NCBI GenBank assembly: GCA_001244265.2
Contig: CDLV01000017.1
Coordinates: forward strand, 496,001-560,000
Length of the DNA: 64,000 nt
Source of the DNA: Microbotryum violaceum
Lineage: Eukaryota
Direction of reading: 5' to 3'
Shown here: piece after piece, positions 12,744-26,175 of the stretch
Layout of the letters: each line of letters starts with the position of its first letter
How positions within the stretch are numbered: position 1 is the stretch's first letter
Translations under genes and position numbers: made by a program
Notes under the pieces: generated by a model
Told to the model about the DNA's origin: nothing
The model's input: the letters and a program-made list of their open reading frames with translations, nothing else
Databases searched by the model: none

Positions 12744-12989
12744 TCAGGGATTCGCGAACGTCTAGTACAAACGGCCCTGGTGGCGCGATGTTAGTGTTTG
12801 CTGTATCAGGATTAGATTTCACATATTCGATTGTCTACTGCAATGGGGTTTGACCTGGTCTGAGCCTGTCTGAGCGCCGCACTGCGCCGCACGCCACGCG
12901 TCCTCACGCGTCACGCACGTCTTTACGCACGTTACATCGCGCGAGTCCACTTCTCAGTTTCGCTCGTATTCGCGCAGCTGAAACGCGAA

Positions 12990-14360
12990 ATGAGGTGGAC
13001 ACCAGTCTCGAGTCGAGCCGTCTCGTCATGTGTTGTGGTTGTGGTCGCGTTCCTATTCGTCAGCGTGGTCCATGCTCACACGATCGATGTTGGAGCGGCT
13101 GTCAAGGTCAGTCAAGAGCGGGCAACACAGGCGCCTCGGGGGGGTCGTCCGCCACTGTACTGCCCCGAGGATGAACAGCCAGTCTGTCCACGGCCGTACC
13201 GGACACTCAATACCGTCTGGATGTTCGTCTTCGCGCAGGAATGCTTTTTCGAGGATTTGCACACCGAGGACAAGGTACGTCTCCGTTTTCTTCGCCCCAT
13301 CCAGCTCCTTCCCTGGCCCGTGAAGCGCTCAGTGCTCGGACCGATTCTGCGACCCCCGCGTGACGTGGTCTTTGCCCGTCCGATCGCGCTGGATGGCTCA
13401 TCAAAATCTCTATAACAAGGGTTCGGAAGCTAAAGTCGTCCGAAACCTTCCTTCCTCCGCTGTTGCGGCGTTCGCAGATGACAGTGACCTACCAAGTCGC
13501 CGGTGGAGGTCATCTGGACATTGACTTTTGGCTCTCGGGCCCAGGTGACCGCGTTATGAACGAGCAACGCAGACGCGACACGGGCACCTATTCGTTCACC
13601 GCCGAGGTTGACGGACGCTACACTTATTGCTTCTCCAACGAGATGAGCACCGTCACGGGCAAGACAGTTAGGTCCGTTCTACGCCTCGGATGGCCGCGGG
13701 CCATAAACGGAACCGTGGAGCTGATGTGGCCACGGTACCCTGCAGTTTCAACGTCCACGGCGTCATGTATGTCGAGGACGACGGTGAGTGGCCGGCTTCA
13801 TTTCAAGGACTAGTGTAACGGAAAAGCACTGAGGACCCAAGCGATGTATTTCATTCACCTCCCCCGCCAGGCCACACCGCCCCTATCGAGAAAGAGATTC
13901 GGACTTTAAGTCAAGCATTGGAAGCGGTCAAGGACGAACAAGAATACATTGTTGTCAGGGAACGCATCCATCGGGATAGTCAGTCCACTTGGGATTGGTA
14001 CGACCTTGATCTTCAGAGCTTCGGTGCTGAATGGTTGAACGCGGGGTTTTCCTTTCTTTGTTGAAACGTGCAGCTGCCGAAAGCACCAACAGCCGCGTCA
14101 AGTATTGGAGCATTGTGCAGACCCTGATGCTCATCTCCGTATGCGCGTTCCAGGTCTTCTATCTTAAACGGTACGTCCCGCAACAGCTGCCCCTGCCGGG
14201 CAGGTGGATGGCGGGAAGGACTGACTTTTTAACGTCGTCTCTCCCTGACAGGTTTTTCGAGGTCAAGCGCGCTGTGGTGAGTTGGAATCCGGTGGTTCCC
14301 AAGCAGGTCATTCAGTACTGATATGGACTGATCGTATTTGTCTCTATCCAACTGTAGTAG
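12990..14360 (+). CDS. EMP24: p24/emp24 (GOLD domain) cargo receptor, beta-type, 8 exons
   Basis: Signal peptide ..VVHAHTI, ECFFEDL, GGHLDIDF, YTYCFSNEMST, AESTNSRVKYWS, TM helix, C-terminal FFEVKRAV*; GT-AG introns join the exons in frame. Confidence 0.93.
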
Positions 14361-14430
14361 TAATAACGGTCTGACCCCCTGCAATAGTAGTGACGAAACA
14401 AGTGCTTACGAAGACAGCAGCGAAAAGGGC

Positions 14431-17400
14431 TCAGAATCCAAACAGCTTCTTCTTCTTCTTCTTCTCCTTTTCTCCAACCTCGGCCGCGACATTTGAGGAG
14501 CCCTGGGGTTTGCTGGCCCTCGGGGTTACAGTAGTCGGGTCCGAGGTATGCATCGCCGACGACGTTGTCGAGACTGACCGAATCGACGAGGGCGACGGGG
14601 TCGAGGTAATATGCGCGGGCGAGTACGCGTGGGGCGACAAATTGGATGAATGCGACGAGGGAGCATACTCGAGGGGAGAGAGCTTTCGAGGATGTCGTGA
14701 AGAAGTGGACGACGAATACGAGTCGAGGGGCGGGGGCATATGGTTACCGGGAGGAGGACCCCCTTCTTGCGAATGAGGATGGGAATGGGAGTGGGCATGG
14801 GTTTCCGGGCCGTAGCGAGTTTGACCTGATGGAGGGGCAAGTGAATGAGTGTGAGACCTGTCATTCGTTTGGTGCGAATGCGACGCCAAGATCGCGGTTT
14901 TGCTTCCTTTCCGGGATGCCGAGAGTGCAGCGGGCGGTATTGGGGAAGCGTCGCTCCCCGGAGGGCCGCGCTCGAGATTGGAGAGGTCCGAGACGAATTG
15001 CTCGGGTGTGATGGTGCTTGTAGAACCTGTGAATAGTTGGGAGCGAGGGAAGTGCAATCAGACGCGATCTGTAACCGATGTAGACGTCGTTTGCCTGCCT
15101 ACCAATGATGATGTCTTTGTTGGCGGATTCGGACAATTTGTAGCTGTTCGAAGGCGCGGTCAGTTGTTTGCGTAAGATAACGCTGGGACAAGACGTGAAG
15201 GGAAGCGGTGACTGGACATACACGGCTCGGACCTCGGAAAAGGTCATACCTCCCGCGACAAAGACAACCACTCGTTGACGGAGTTCTGCGATCGTCCGTC
15301 GCCCCCGCGTTGCCGTCCACTGAGGCCTTGCGCTCCGTAGTGAGCCAGCTTGAGTCGGCGCGACAGATGCTGCCCGTGACGATGACGGGCCGCCACTCGG
15401 AGGTGCATCACGCACATATGGGAACGTTGTTTGATCGAGGGAGCCTGCAATGTGCTCTTCAAGCATGTACTTGAGCGCAGGCTGAAATCGTGAAATGTCG
15501 TACGAGTCCTCTTCGGGCCGTTGTTTGAACAGAGCCTTGCGCTTTTTGCCGGAGTCTTTCGAGACGTTGATCCCCATTTGCGACAGATTGTCGACAGCGT
15601 CCATTTCGTGCAGTGCCAAGCGTGCGTGCTGGTAGAGTCGTCTCCTGTCGCCTTCCGGCACGCCGTCACGGTGCATGATGTACAGGGCAATGATCCGGAG
15701 TTTGTCAGTCGAGCTGCGATGTGCTCATTCGCTCATGTCAGCTCTCATGGCAATGCGTCTATACCCTATTTTGCGCAGAGCCCAGGGCTCAGATCTTACC
15801 TTACGGATCTATCATCAAGCAGCGGAACCATCTCCTCCACTAAGGTCTTAGGTATCTTTCCTTCTGGTGTGACACCTGTGGCGCAGCACTTTGCGACCAG
15901 GGATCCAAATAAGTGGGCGGTACGGTCGGGATCGCCAATGCCCAGTACCGACATACCTGCTCCACAAACGCGGCCGAGGGCAACTTCTTCTTTTCGAACA
16001 GATGCATGCACTTCTCCGCCATTGTCAGATGCAGCGAAAGCTGAACGCATGATTGGCATAGAGTGAGATGACTTTGCACGTACACGTCGATGGGGTACTG
16101 GCGACCCAGAACCCACCTTTTCTTTAGCTTCTCGCAGCTGGGGAAGACTTGCGAGCATGTCCTTCATGTCATTCAAGCTCGTTCCTCCACTTTGACCAAA
16201 CTTGCCATCGTGCTCCCCTGCATACGCTTTAAAGTCGGCGATAAGCTTGTCCAGCGCATCTTTCATGTGCATATGTCGCACTTCCGTCCACACGCTGTCC
16301 TCCTCGGTGAGAATGGCTTCCTTGTCCTCGACGTCGTTCGCAGCATTGCGAAATGTGTACCTGCGACGATTGGTGACTCGTGTGGGTTACGCCAATATTC
16401 CTGGCCACTTCGTCAACTTGAGCTCACCTATACGTGCGACCATCTTCGATGTCGAGCAGGTCGTTGCACATGGCTTGGTATGTAAACTCATGAACGAATG
16501 GCGCATACAGATCCATCGACCGGTCGGTGATGAGCAGAACTCCGCGAGGCCGTGGGGGATCAGATATCGGCTGTGGACCGATGCAGCATCGCAAGTTCGT
16601 CAGGCCGCGGGGAGATAAAAGGCGGACAGCCCGTCAACCACTAACCGGGAAATCGCTGTTGTCCCGAGCATACGCGTCAATCTCGGCCTGCACTCGCTCG
16701 GCCAACCGCTTGCACATGGGTTCCCCAGCGGCAGCAGCGGGCCCGAGCAGACCATGAAATGAGGAAGGCGGGCTGTAGTATCGAATCACGGGGTATTCAC
16801 CCAGTGTCGCCAGAGCATTGACGAGCTGAGGAAGCGAGTAATTCGAGCCAAAGTTCAAAAATGAGTTTTTTCCGTGCGACACTCGATGGAGGCCACACAT
16901 GACTGACGATGTGACTCATGCGAGAGATCTCATAATTCCACCGAGCGACACTGTCGTCGACTTTTGGTCCCGGGGGTGAGAAAAGGCTCAGGAAGGCGTG
17001 CGGCGACTTGAGACTGAAGACCCGAGATTCGAGCGCTGATGGAGACAGAGGGGTTAGTAAAGACGCTCTTGGATCTGCTTCGCACTCCGGGACGCACCGT
17101 GGAGGTTGAGGTATAGCTCTTTGAGGGCCAGAAGATAGGTGTGGGGAAGCTCAGACGTCAATCTACCGACAAGTTGGTCGTCGATGCCTGCCGGAGATGT
17201 TCGCGCCGGTAAATGGCAGGTTCGACTCCGATCGCTTTTGCTCGTCGAGAGAAGAGTCGGCAACACAAGACGGACTGACCCTCTAAAAATTGAAGGTAGG
17301 CCGAAGCGTACCGGGGAGGCTCTGCCTGTGCGTTCAAATGCGCCGGTTCGCGTTTCTTGGAAGAACGCTGCGCAGAGGTGGAGTTGGGCGACGAGTGGGG

Positions 17401-18061
17401 AGCAAAGTCGCGCAAAATCAGGTCCACGTTTTGTGCGGTCGGCATGACGAGGTAGATAGCCGCAAGACGGGGCTGCGGCGAACGGGGCGCGGTGATGACA
17501 TCGACCTCTGTGCAAAAGCCGAGCCGAACGCCGGTACGAGGGTGAGCAGGGTTCCAGTGGAGCTATGTCATTTCCAGAATGGGCTGAGCGAATTGGAGCC
17601 AGTGCTGAGTGAGATAGATGTTGTGATGATAGATGTCGCGCACTGCATGTCACCCGGAGACGCGGGAGTCCGGCTTGAGCGTGAGCCCCACTCCCCACGT
17701 CCCAGGTCCCGCTGTCCCAACCCCCCTGGTGCCGTGGTTGTAGCCCACGTCGCACCGACCGACGGCAGCATGTGCGCTTACGTTGAACACCTTCCTCGAG
17801 GATGTCGTAGGTCGACAGCACTGATTTGAGCATCGGGCGCGTATACTCGTCGACGATGAGGACTTTCCACCGCGACGGCACCGACCGTAGCATCTCGAGA
17901 TAGCCTGCATTCTCGATTCCAGGTGGGAACTGTCAGTCCATCGGCCAATGACGGCCAGCGTCGAGCGTCGCCTGGCCGGAGCTGGCTACGTGAACCTCGC
18001 CTGGGCAGCACGGCCCAGGGGCCAGAAATAACTCACGTTGACGCAGCAATTCGAGTAGCAT
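14431..18061 (-). CDS. SEC1: Sec1/Munc18 family SM protein, multi-exon
   Basis: [75 protein letters not shown]; basic tail [10 protein letters not shown]. Confidence 0.93.
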
Positions 18062-18154
18062 TGTGACGGGTGCCCGCACAGCGAACTGTTGAGGCGGCGG
18101 GGCGGTGGGGGGGAGGGGGTTCGCTGGCCTGGGTACAAAAGCAGGCCAGCGTGT

Positions 18155-18211
18155 GCCCTGCCTGCGCCCTGCCTGCGCCCTGCCTGCGCCCTGCCTGCGC
18201 CCCGCCTGCGC
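18155..18211 (+). repeat. 11-bp tandem repeat (CCCTGCCTGCG) x ~5 in the SEC1/eIF4G divergent promoter
   Basis: Direct reading. Confidence 0.85.
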
Positions 18212-19031
18212 TGCAGTGCCGGCTACGCCTGGCATCGTCGGGCCTGTGAGACAGGTCGGTGCGCGCTGCTCTGCGCTGCTGCCAGGCCCTGGTTCGGTCA
18301 AGCCAGGGGGAGCCAGGTACTAGCCAGGTCGAGCCCTCACGGCCTCACGCGCGAAAGAACGGCCCGACCCACACTTCCCCTCTAACATCGACGACGTTCG
18401 ATCCACAGTCGAACACCGACCCACCACCCACCTCCCCCTCCCGCAGCGACTGTTCTTTGGTCGACTCGGAGCCTCTGTCATTGTTCTGGTACTCGATCCC
18501 GATCGACGCCTGGATCCCCAAGTCTCCCATTCAAACCAAAAAGTGTCGTCGTCGACCGCACGACAAAAATGTGAGCGCATACACGCGGGGGACCTTCCCC
18601 TGCCGGCTGCTGGCGAGTAGAGTTAGGCCATCTCATCTAAGGCGGGCGCTGACCGAGATCCAACCCTCTCACGCATCTTGGTTCTGCGTTCCATCCGAAC
18701 GTACCGCCTACGCCACATTGTCCTTGTCCGACGCCCTCGCCTGACGGCCACCGTTACCCGCGCCGCGCCCATCGTTGACTCCCGTCTTCCCGCTTCCCGT
18801 CGTTGTCGTCGTTGCCTCCTTCGCACGCCGCCGATTTCGATCGGCCGCCTCCCGCTTCCTCGGACCGCGTTCGCCCCACCGCCCTACCCATCATCGCTAC
18901 AACTGCCACTTTCCTGGTCATTGCGTCTCCTTGTCTTGACCTGGGTCTGCGTTTCTCAAACCGATTAGACAAGTCACCTCGCCCGCAGAGACTCTCGCGA
19001 TCTCACCCGGCCGCGCCAGCTCGCTTCATCA

Positions 19032-22000
19032 ATGAGCAGGACTCCCTCGGCTGCACCCTCGTTAAGCACCGCTCTAGGCTCGACTGCAAGCGGCCCTTCG
19101 GTTGCGAGTGACAAGAAGCCCTATGGTATCAAGGCCAGCGCTTACGCCGTGTCCGACATTCCAGCCTTTCGTGCGCCGATCGCCGGCATCAATTACGCAC
19201 AGGCAGCATCCAAGTCCAAGCCCTCGCCCCCGACTCTGCAGGGCAAAGATGTACCCGTGAGCGGCACTTTTGGAGGTGCTTCACCCTTGATCCCTGCTGC
19301 AACAGCCATGGCCAACGCCGCGGCGACAGGTACTAGCGCTGCCGTCTCATCGGCCCCTGCAGGTGGCCATATGAGGAACCAGAGCGTCAAGGTCGACGCG
19401 ATCAACGTTCCCGCATCTCGAGTGAATGCGATTAGGACCGGTGCTGCTGATGGTACGTGTACATCACCTAGGTTGCTTGAAGTGGACATGGGCTTTGGGC
19501 ACTTTTCTCTCATAGAAACAATGTTTGACAGGAGCTGACCACTCATCGCCTTCTGCCCCGCCCCCCCGGCAGCGATTGCATTCGGCAACGTCAACGACCG
19601 AAACGCCGTGCTGTCGTCATCACCGGCGGCACCGCCTCCGGCTTCGAACGGCAACCCGAAGACCTTCGGAACCGTCCCCGCGGGATCTTCTCCTGCCGCA
19701 GCTGCTAAAGCGCCCATCAACCTGCATTCGTTCTTCACTGGAAGCGGGGCTGCGGCCTCGCCGGCCCCAAGTGGCAATGATCGCCGACCGAGCCTGGGCT
19801 ACGATGCATCGCGTCCCCCGCAAATCTCGAGTCCCTCCACAACATCCCAGCATCTTTCTCAACTTTCGAGCGCATCGGCCTCCTTTGCACCGAGACAACA
19901 GGCACCTCCGTTCATCCCCGGGCAGCAGCAGCCGCACTCGGCTCGCCTCTCTCAAGGCAGCTTCCCTTCGCCATCGCTCCAATTCGCGCACCTGCCCGCA
20001 TCCTCCTCATTCGTCCAACCCGGTTACGGGCCCAAGTCGCCTGCTATGCAGTCCGCAAATGTCGGCCAGTACAGCCCTGGGCCGAGCGGCGGCGCTTCAG
20101 CTCAGCGAAACGGATCTTTCACCGGTGCCTCGATCGTCGCAGGCAGGCCCAATGGTTCTGGCAACCGCTCTTTTGGCAACGCCGGCCCGACAAGCCCTCG
20201 CATGCAGAGCTCGAGCCTGCCTTCTCAGCAGGCACCTTATGGCCAACAGCCTAGTTGGCAGCAACCTGTGGGTTCTCACGCACTTCCTACTTGCTTGATG
20301 CCCGTATTCGATGCAGATGTTGACGTAACGTACTTTCCTGTTCTGCAGCCGTATGGACAGCAACAATATGGTTATTACGGCATGCAGTTCACGCCACAGA
20401 ACGTCTATGCGCCGTCACAGCAAGTTGGACCGAACGTATCGTCTTCCCTTGCTCCTAATGGATCCTCGACCCCTGCCAACATACGGTCACCCGCGCCAGC
20501 AGCTACGGCAACTCCCGGGTTGGCTCCGTCCCCCTCGCCGTCTCATTCCCACTCTACGACGCCCACGACGCCACACTACTCGGCTTACTCTTCGCCGCAA
20601 CCTCCTGCCGCGCTTCCATCCCACCACCCCTCGTTCCATCCCACTCACGCGAGCGCCAGCGGCACACCCCTTCGCGCCTTGTCGAGTGCTGCTCACGCGC
20701 CCGAGTTCAAACCGAATGCCGATGCCGCTGTCTGGACCCCGCGCAAGAGTGCAGCAATCCAGATCCGAGATCCCAAGAAAGAGGCTGCGGCGGTTGCGGC
20801 GGCTGCGACGGCGCCAAAGGCCACCGAGGCTCCGGGTGCGAAGGTTGATAAATCCGAAGCGTCTGCGTCAGCGACGAGATCACTGCCCGCGCCTAAACCT
20901 GCCAAGAATGTGACAGCATCGGTGGAAGAGATAGCAAAGAACGAGGTGACGATCTCGCCTACTGCCGAGGATAGACCCGAAACGAAGCTCGAAGTCGCAG
21001 AAAACGCCAGTGTCAAGGACAAGCCGAAGACGGAACCCGCCTCCGTCATTGCCAAGCCCGAGGTTGCAGTTGCCGTACTAACCGCGAAGATCGACGAGAA
21101 GAAGGACGAGTCCGTGACCGAGGTTGAGACCAAGCCCGCGATCGCCGCTGATGGGAAGGAGGTGATGCCGAAAGCCGAGGCCCTAGCCCGGGTAGCCGAG
21201 GCGAAGTCTGGCGATGCCAAGAAGAACAACGCTGCTGCCGCGGTTTCTACCGCCTCTTCGCCTGCGCCGGCATCACGGTTGGCTCCCGTTCGGGATGAGA
21301 GGGCTTCGGCAAGCCAGGACCTCGGTGGCGCCCTGGCCAAAGCACGCTTCGCCGAGCAAGTCCAACTTGGCGATCCAACTCCCGCCTCTGGCGCTCCCGC
21401 TCCGTCCGCTAAGGGTGCCGTCGATGCTGTCGACGAATCACCGGCCGCAGGTGCCTCCACAGCCGCATTGTCCGAGGCGCGCAAGATCGACGATCTCGAT
21501 TCGGTTTCATATCCGGAAGACATCCACTCGCCCAAGGCCGAGCTCAACGCCAACGCTGAATCGGGTCGCTACCGATACGATCGCGAGTTCCTCCTGCAGT
21601 TCATGAATGTATGCACGGAAAAGCCTGAGGCGTTACCGAATCTTGAAGCGATCGGGATGATGGATGCGGGCGCCGAAGCCGGTTCGAGTCGAGGCAATTT
21701 CGGAGCTGGCAACCGACGAGCGGCTATGGCCCCCCCCGCAGTGCCCGGGCGTGGCGCAGGACCGGCAGGCGGATTTGGCACTCGGAGTGCGAGTGTTGGA
21801 GGCGTCGGCGCTGGGTTTGGGTCGATGGGCAGTTTTGGCCAGGCACCCCTCGGTACAAGTGAAGCTCGCTTCGCGCAGTCGTCGATGCGAGCTGCTAGTG
21901 GGGCTTCTGGCGGCGGGCGAGCGGGCAACATGTCTCGCACGACAAGTCAAAGTGGTCTTTCAGGTGGTGCTTTTGTCCCGGCGGCGCCGTCCCAGACTGG

Positions 22001-24229
22001 CCGAATCCGCAGCGAACGAGGCAAGCGCCGCGAAGAGCCCGGACGTGCTGGGGGTGACCGTGGACACGGCGGAGGTGGAAAGCACACGGCTGGTGACGGC
22101 TTCGAGAACGCAACGCTTGCGCCGCGAAGTGAGACTGGCTGGGTGCCCACTGTTATTGGAGGCGCTCCCACGCTCGACGCCAACTCGCCCGAACTGGTGC
22201 AGCGCAAGGTCAAGGCCTTGCTCAATAAACTTACGCTGGAACGTTTCGAGTCGATCTCGAATCAGATTCTCGAATGGGCGGACAAGAGTGTCACCGAAAC
22301 CGACGGCCGCATCCTCCGACAGGTTATCGCGCTCATTTTTGAAAAGGCGACCGACGAGGCCAACTGGTCCGAGATGTACGCCCGGCTGTGTCGCAAATTG
22401 ATGGAGACGGTCTCGATGAGCATCAAGGACGAGTCGGTCAAGAGTGCCGATGGCTCTTTTGTTGTCGGCGGCGCCCTGTTCCGCAAATACTTGCTCAACC
22501 GGTGCCAGGAGGATTACGAATCGGGATGGAAGCTGAAGGAGACAGCAGCGGCAGCAGCGGCAGGCAAGGCGGCTGATGACAACGCCAAGAAGGATCTGAA
22601 TGAGCAAGCCGAGAAAGAAGCCAAGGAAAAGGGAGAATCCGAGCCCTCGAAAGAGGCTGAGCTGCTTTCCGAGGAATACTATGCCGCAGCGAAGGCGAAG
22701 CGACGAGGACTCGGTCTCGTCCGATTCATCGGCGAGTTGTATCGACTGCAGATGTTGACGGAACGCATCATGCACGAGTGCATCAAAAAACTTCTAGCCA
22801 ACACGGACAACCCAGACGAGGAGGATGTCGAGTCGCTGTGCCGATTGCTGACGACCGTCGGTAAGCACCTCGACAATGCGAAGGCGAAGCAACACATGGA
22901 CATCTACTTTCAGAGGATGCACACGATTGCCAACAACCCAAAGACACCGTCGCGCATGCGCTTCATGATCCTCGACGTCGCTGATCTGCGATCGAATCAC
23001 TGGCAACCCCGCCACGACTCCGCCGGCCCCAAGCTCATCTCCGAGATTCACTCCGATGCACAACGGGCCGCCGAGGAGAGCCGAAGAGTGGCAAGCTCAG
23101 GCGGCAAGGGTCTCCCTCGGCTCAACGATCAGCTGTCGCGATCCAACTCACGGCGGGGGCAAGGCCGTGATGGCATCGGTGCTCCCGCAGCGGACGGTTG
23201 GAGCCAACCCGTTCCTCAACGGCCTGCCAAGGCTGGCGATCTCAGTGCTTTCGGCAAGACTCGAGAGAATGTCGCTCCGTTCACGTTTGGCCCTACTGGT
23301 GCCTTTGCCGCCAAGGCGAACAAGGCCAAAGAAGCTGCGCGTCCTGCCACACCGAGCAATCCTTTCGCTCTGCTCAGCGGTGGGGGTTCGGATTCTGCTG
23401 CCGAAGCGTCTGCCAGTCAACGACCCAAGCTCAATTTGGCGCCAAGAACGAAGCCTTTGGAAGGAGAGTTGTCTGCACAAGCTGACGGGACTCAGAGCGA
23501 GGACCTTGCCGTAGACGGGGATGAGCATGCCGAAGAGAAGGATGAAGACGAAGATGATGGTGCCATTGATCCTAACGCTATCAGCATGTCCCGGGCAGAA
23601 GCGGAGCGACGGTCAGGCAACAGTGTCAAGGAGGTCAGTTTGTTTTTGTGGTTCTGGCTTCTGCGGACACGACTTTGCGTGTTGACCCCCTACTTGCCCC
23701 GTGTCCGGTCACAGTTCTTCTCGGTCAAAAATATTGCAGAAGGGACAGCATCGGTTGAAGCCTTGCCATCAGAGTACCGAGGCATCCTCATCGCTGCCTT
23801 TGCCGACGCCGCCGTCGACAAGAAAGCCGATGATGTCAACATTACCCGCCAGCTCTTTTCGGATCTTTCAACCAAAAACACCGTGCGACATCAAGTCATG
23901 CTCGACTCGCTTCAGACACTCGTCACAGGTCTTATTGACCTATCGGTCGATGTCCCCAACATTTATACCTTTGCCGTGAGTATGAATGCAGCACGAATGG
24001 TGAACAGGTGCTCTCATCCGAGGTTTCATGTAGCTGATTCCCTTTCCTCTTGTTCTTGGGTGAATCACGCTCTTCACAGGCATCGTTGCTCATGGGCGCG
24101 CAAGCAACGCGGGAAGAGGTCGAGACCATGGCACAGAGCATGATTTCAGAAGAGGACGATGACGAGGAAGAGTTGGAGCGTGGGCGACAACAACTGTATG
24201 CCGCTTTCGAGAAAGCTTCAGGTGTCTAA
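19032..24229 (+). CDS. TIF4631: Eukaryotic translation initiation factor 4G, multi-exon
   Basis: eIF4E-binding motif YRYDREFLLQF; MIF4G domain VQRKVKALLNKLT..LIFEKATDE..KRRGLGLVRFIGELY..ESLCRLLTTVG; last exon ends ..EKASGV*. Confidence 0.95.
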
Positions 24230-24383
24230 GCCAGGAGGACGACCGTCTGCCACCTCTTTCGTAGATTACAGCTTTCGACGTCCCTCGCTTTACATAATTC
24301 AGTCTTGAGTTCACACTCTAGGTGGACCTTTGATGGGTACAGCGCTCGATCGAGGCGATTGAGCACGAGCTTGGCTATTCAGA

Positions 24384-25625
24384 TCACTGGGAGTCTGTAT
24401 CAACAAAGAAGTGGCAGCGATAGTGCTTGAGCTCCTCGATGCTGTCTCGGATATCGGACATCGCTCTGAAACAACAGCAAATAATTTAACTAGGCGTTCG
24501 ATCACAACCAGGGGACAACAGTCGTTGAAAGTGGGGCGGATATCGAGGGAGTGAAGTCGGACTCACCTGTGCTGTGAATCAGACTTCTCCTTGGGCGGTT
24601 TGGGCGCCGACGGGTACCATTGTGCAACGAGAATTTTGAGCGAGCTGACGTCGACGATGCGATAATGCAGCGTGGATGACAGGAACGGAAGGTCCTTTCT
24701 GATAAACCCTCTGTTTTGCGTCAGAATGCAAAGTGTGGGTCAGCCTGGAGCATGATTCCATGATCGGTTTGACCAGAACCCGAAGGACGAACAAGTCCGC
24801 ATGGACCGAATTTCCTGCGATCACAGCCGGGGCATCGAAGTGCCGGGTCACGTAGGCCCTGCACGCAGCGTCGACGTCCTTGAGCGAATGGGGCGAGTCG
24901 AGGCAAGCTTTCGTCAAGCCCGTCTGTCCATGCTGCTTGATGCACCTGCATTTGATGCTCGTAACCTTACATCAGTACCGGTGCCACCGGGTGCCAATTA
25001 ACACCGATGGCGACCGCTTCGTCACGTGATGCAAGGCGCACAGCTCTGACTTCACGGGCAACTGACCAATCATTCATCGAGTCTAGTACGTGGCTGTGAG
25101 AATGGGGAAGAAGATTAGGACGCAGGCACGGCGCGGAACCCATTCTTAGGGTTCGCGAAGATGCTTGATAGCACTACGCATGCGCACCGCTCGGTCCGGA
25201 CGATCATCTCGAGGCCTTCATCAAGTGGCCGCAGGTCGGTGTCGGTAGCGATCATGGCGATCTACAATGGGCGAATACTGGAAGAATTTAGGCATGTGTC
25301 ATGTCTGTGCCGGTTGAGTGCAGTCTTGCGGAGCTCACCTCTAGTATCCGGTCAGGTTGGAATGGTTCGCCTTGGCCGAGCGTCGGCGGTGGGAGGTAAG
25401 GGTTGAGCCCTGTCATCTCGCAATCTGATCCATAGAGTGGAGGTGAACGAGCAGGGTTAGTCGCACTTCCTCGGTACTCTAGGATGCGGGACTCTAGAGT
25501 CGCATGTTGTCCATCTATCGGCATCTCTGCGCCTGCGATGGACCATATTTGATTACCTGCAGGACTGAGATGGATCACTGACCGATCCATAACAAACGAC
25601 CTTGGCAGGGGCCTGAAGGGGACAT
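24384..25625 (-). CDS. REX2: Oligoribonuclease (DEDDh exonuclease, Orn/Rex2), multi-exon; start approximate
   Basis: LLWI-D-CEMTGL across an intron, CIKQHGQTGL, IAGNSVHAD, LHYRIVDVSS, HRAMSDIRDSIEELKHY. Confidence 0.88.
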
Positions 25626-26175
25626 GAGTACCTCGAAGCTGTCCTGGGTCAAAGCTCCACGACTCTACGCCGCTGCCAGTGATACTTGATGTAAGCGGTG
25701 TAGTAATTAGGATAACGACGCCGATGACCGCGCTTTCGTGCGCGGTGGCGCCTGATCGACCTGATCCAGGTAGATCCAGGACATGCAATGGGCATTGGGC
25801 ATGCAGGCTAGTGCAGGCTCATGCGCCATTGTAGCGCGCCAGATGGGTACATTCCGGGGGCGGCCTTTAGGCCAGCTTCGTTATACGATGACGGGATTGG
25901 AGCCCCGAAAAGATCCCACGCAGCTTTGTGCTTTGAATGGAGCATTGGAGCCCTGAAAACGACAGGACAATTCGTGCTTGGCCAGCGCACAGATTCGAAT
26001 TCGAACCGTTTGGGGTTGCGCAAAACTCTATACAAAACTCGCTCTAAAAGGTCATGGGGCCGCACTTTTCTTGTAACATTTGTCAAAAATATAAAATGGT
26101 CTCATGATGATGATTGTGGGGGGTGGGTTCCAACGTTCCGACGGTTGTCGACTGGTTGCCGCGGGAAACGTCGAC

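Noticed and set aside
12344-12822. Poly-Lys and poly-Phe ORFs
   Set aside because: Translations of the T-rich low-complexity tract
19608-24143. 1511-aa single-exon eIF4G
   Set aside because: The ORF reads through introns; the real gene starts at 19032 and ends at 24229
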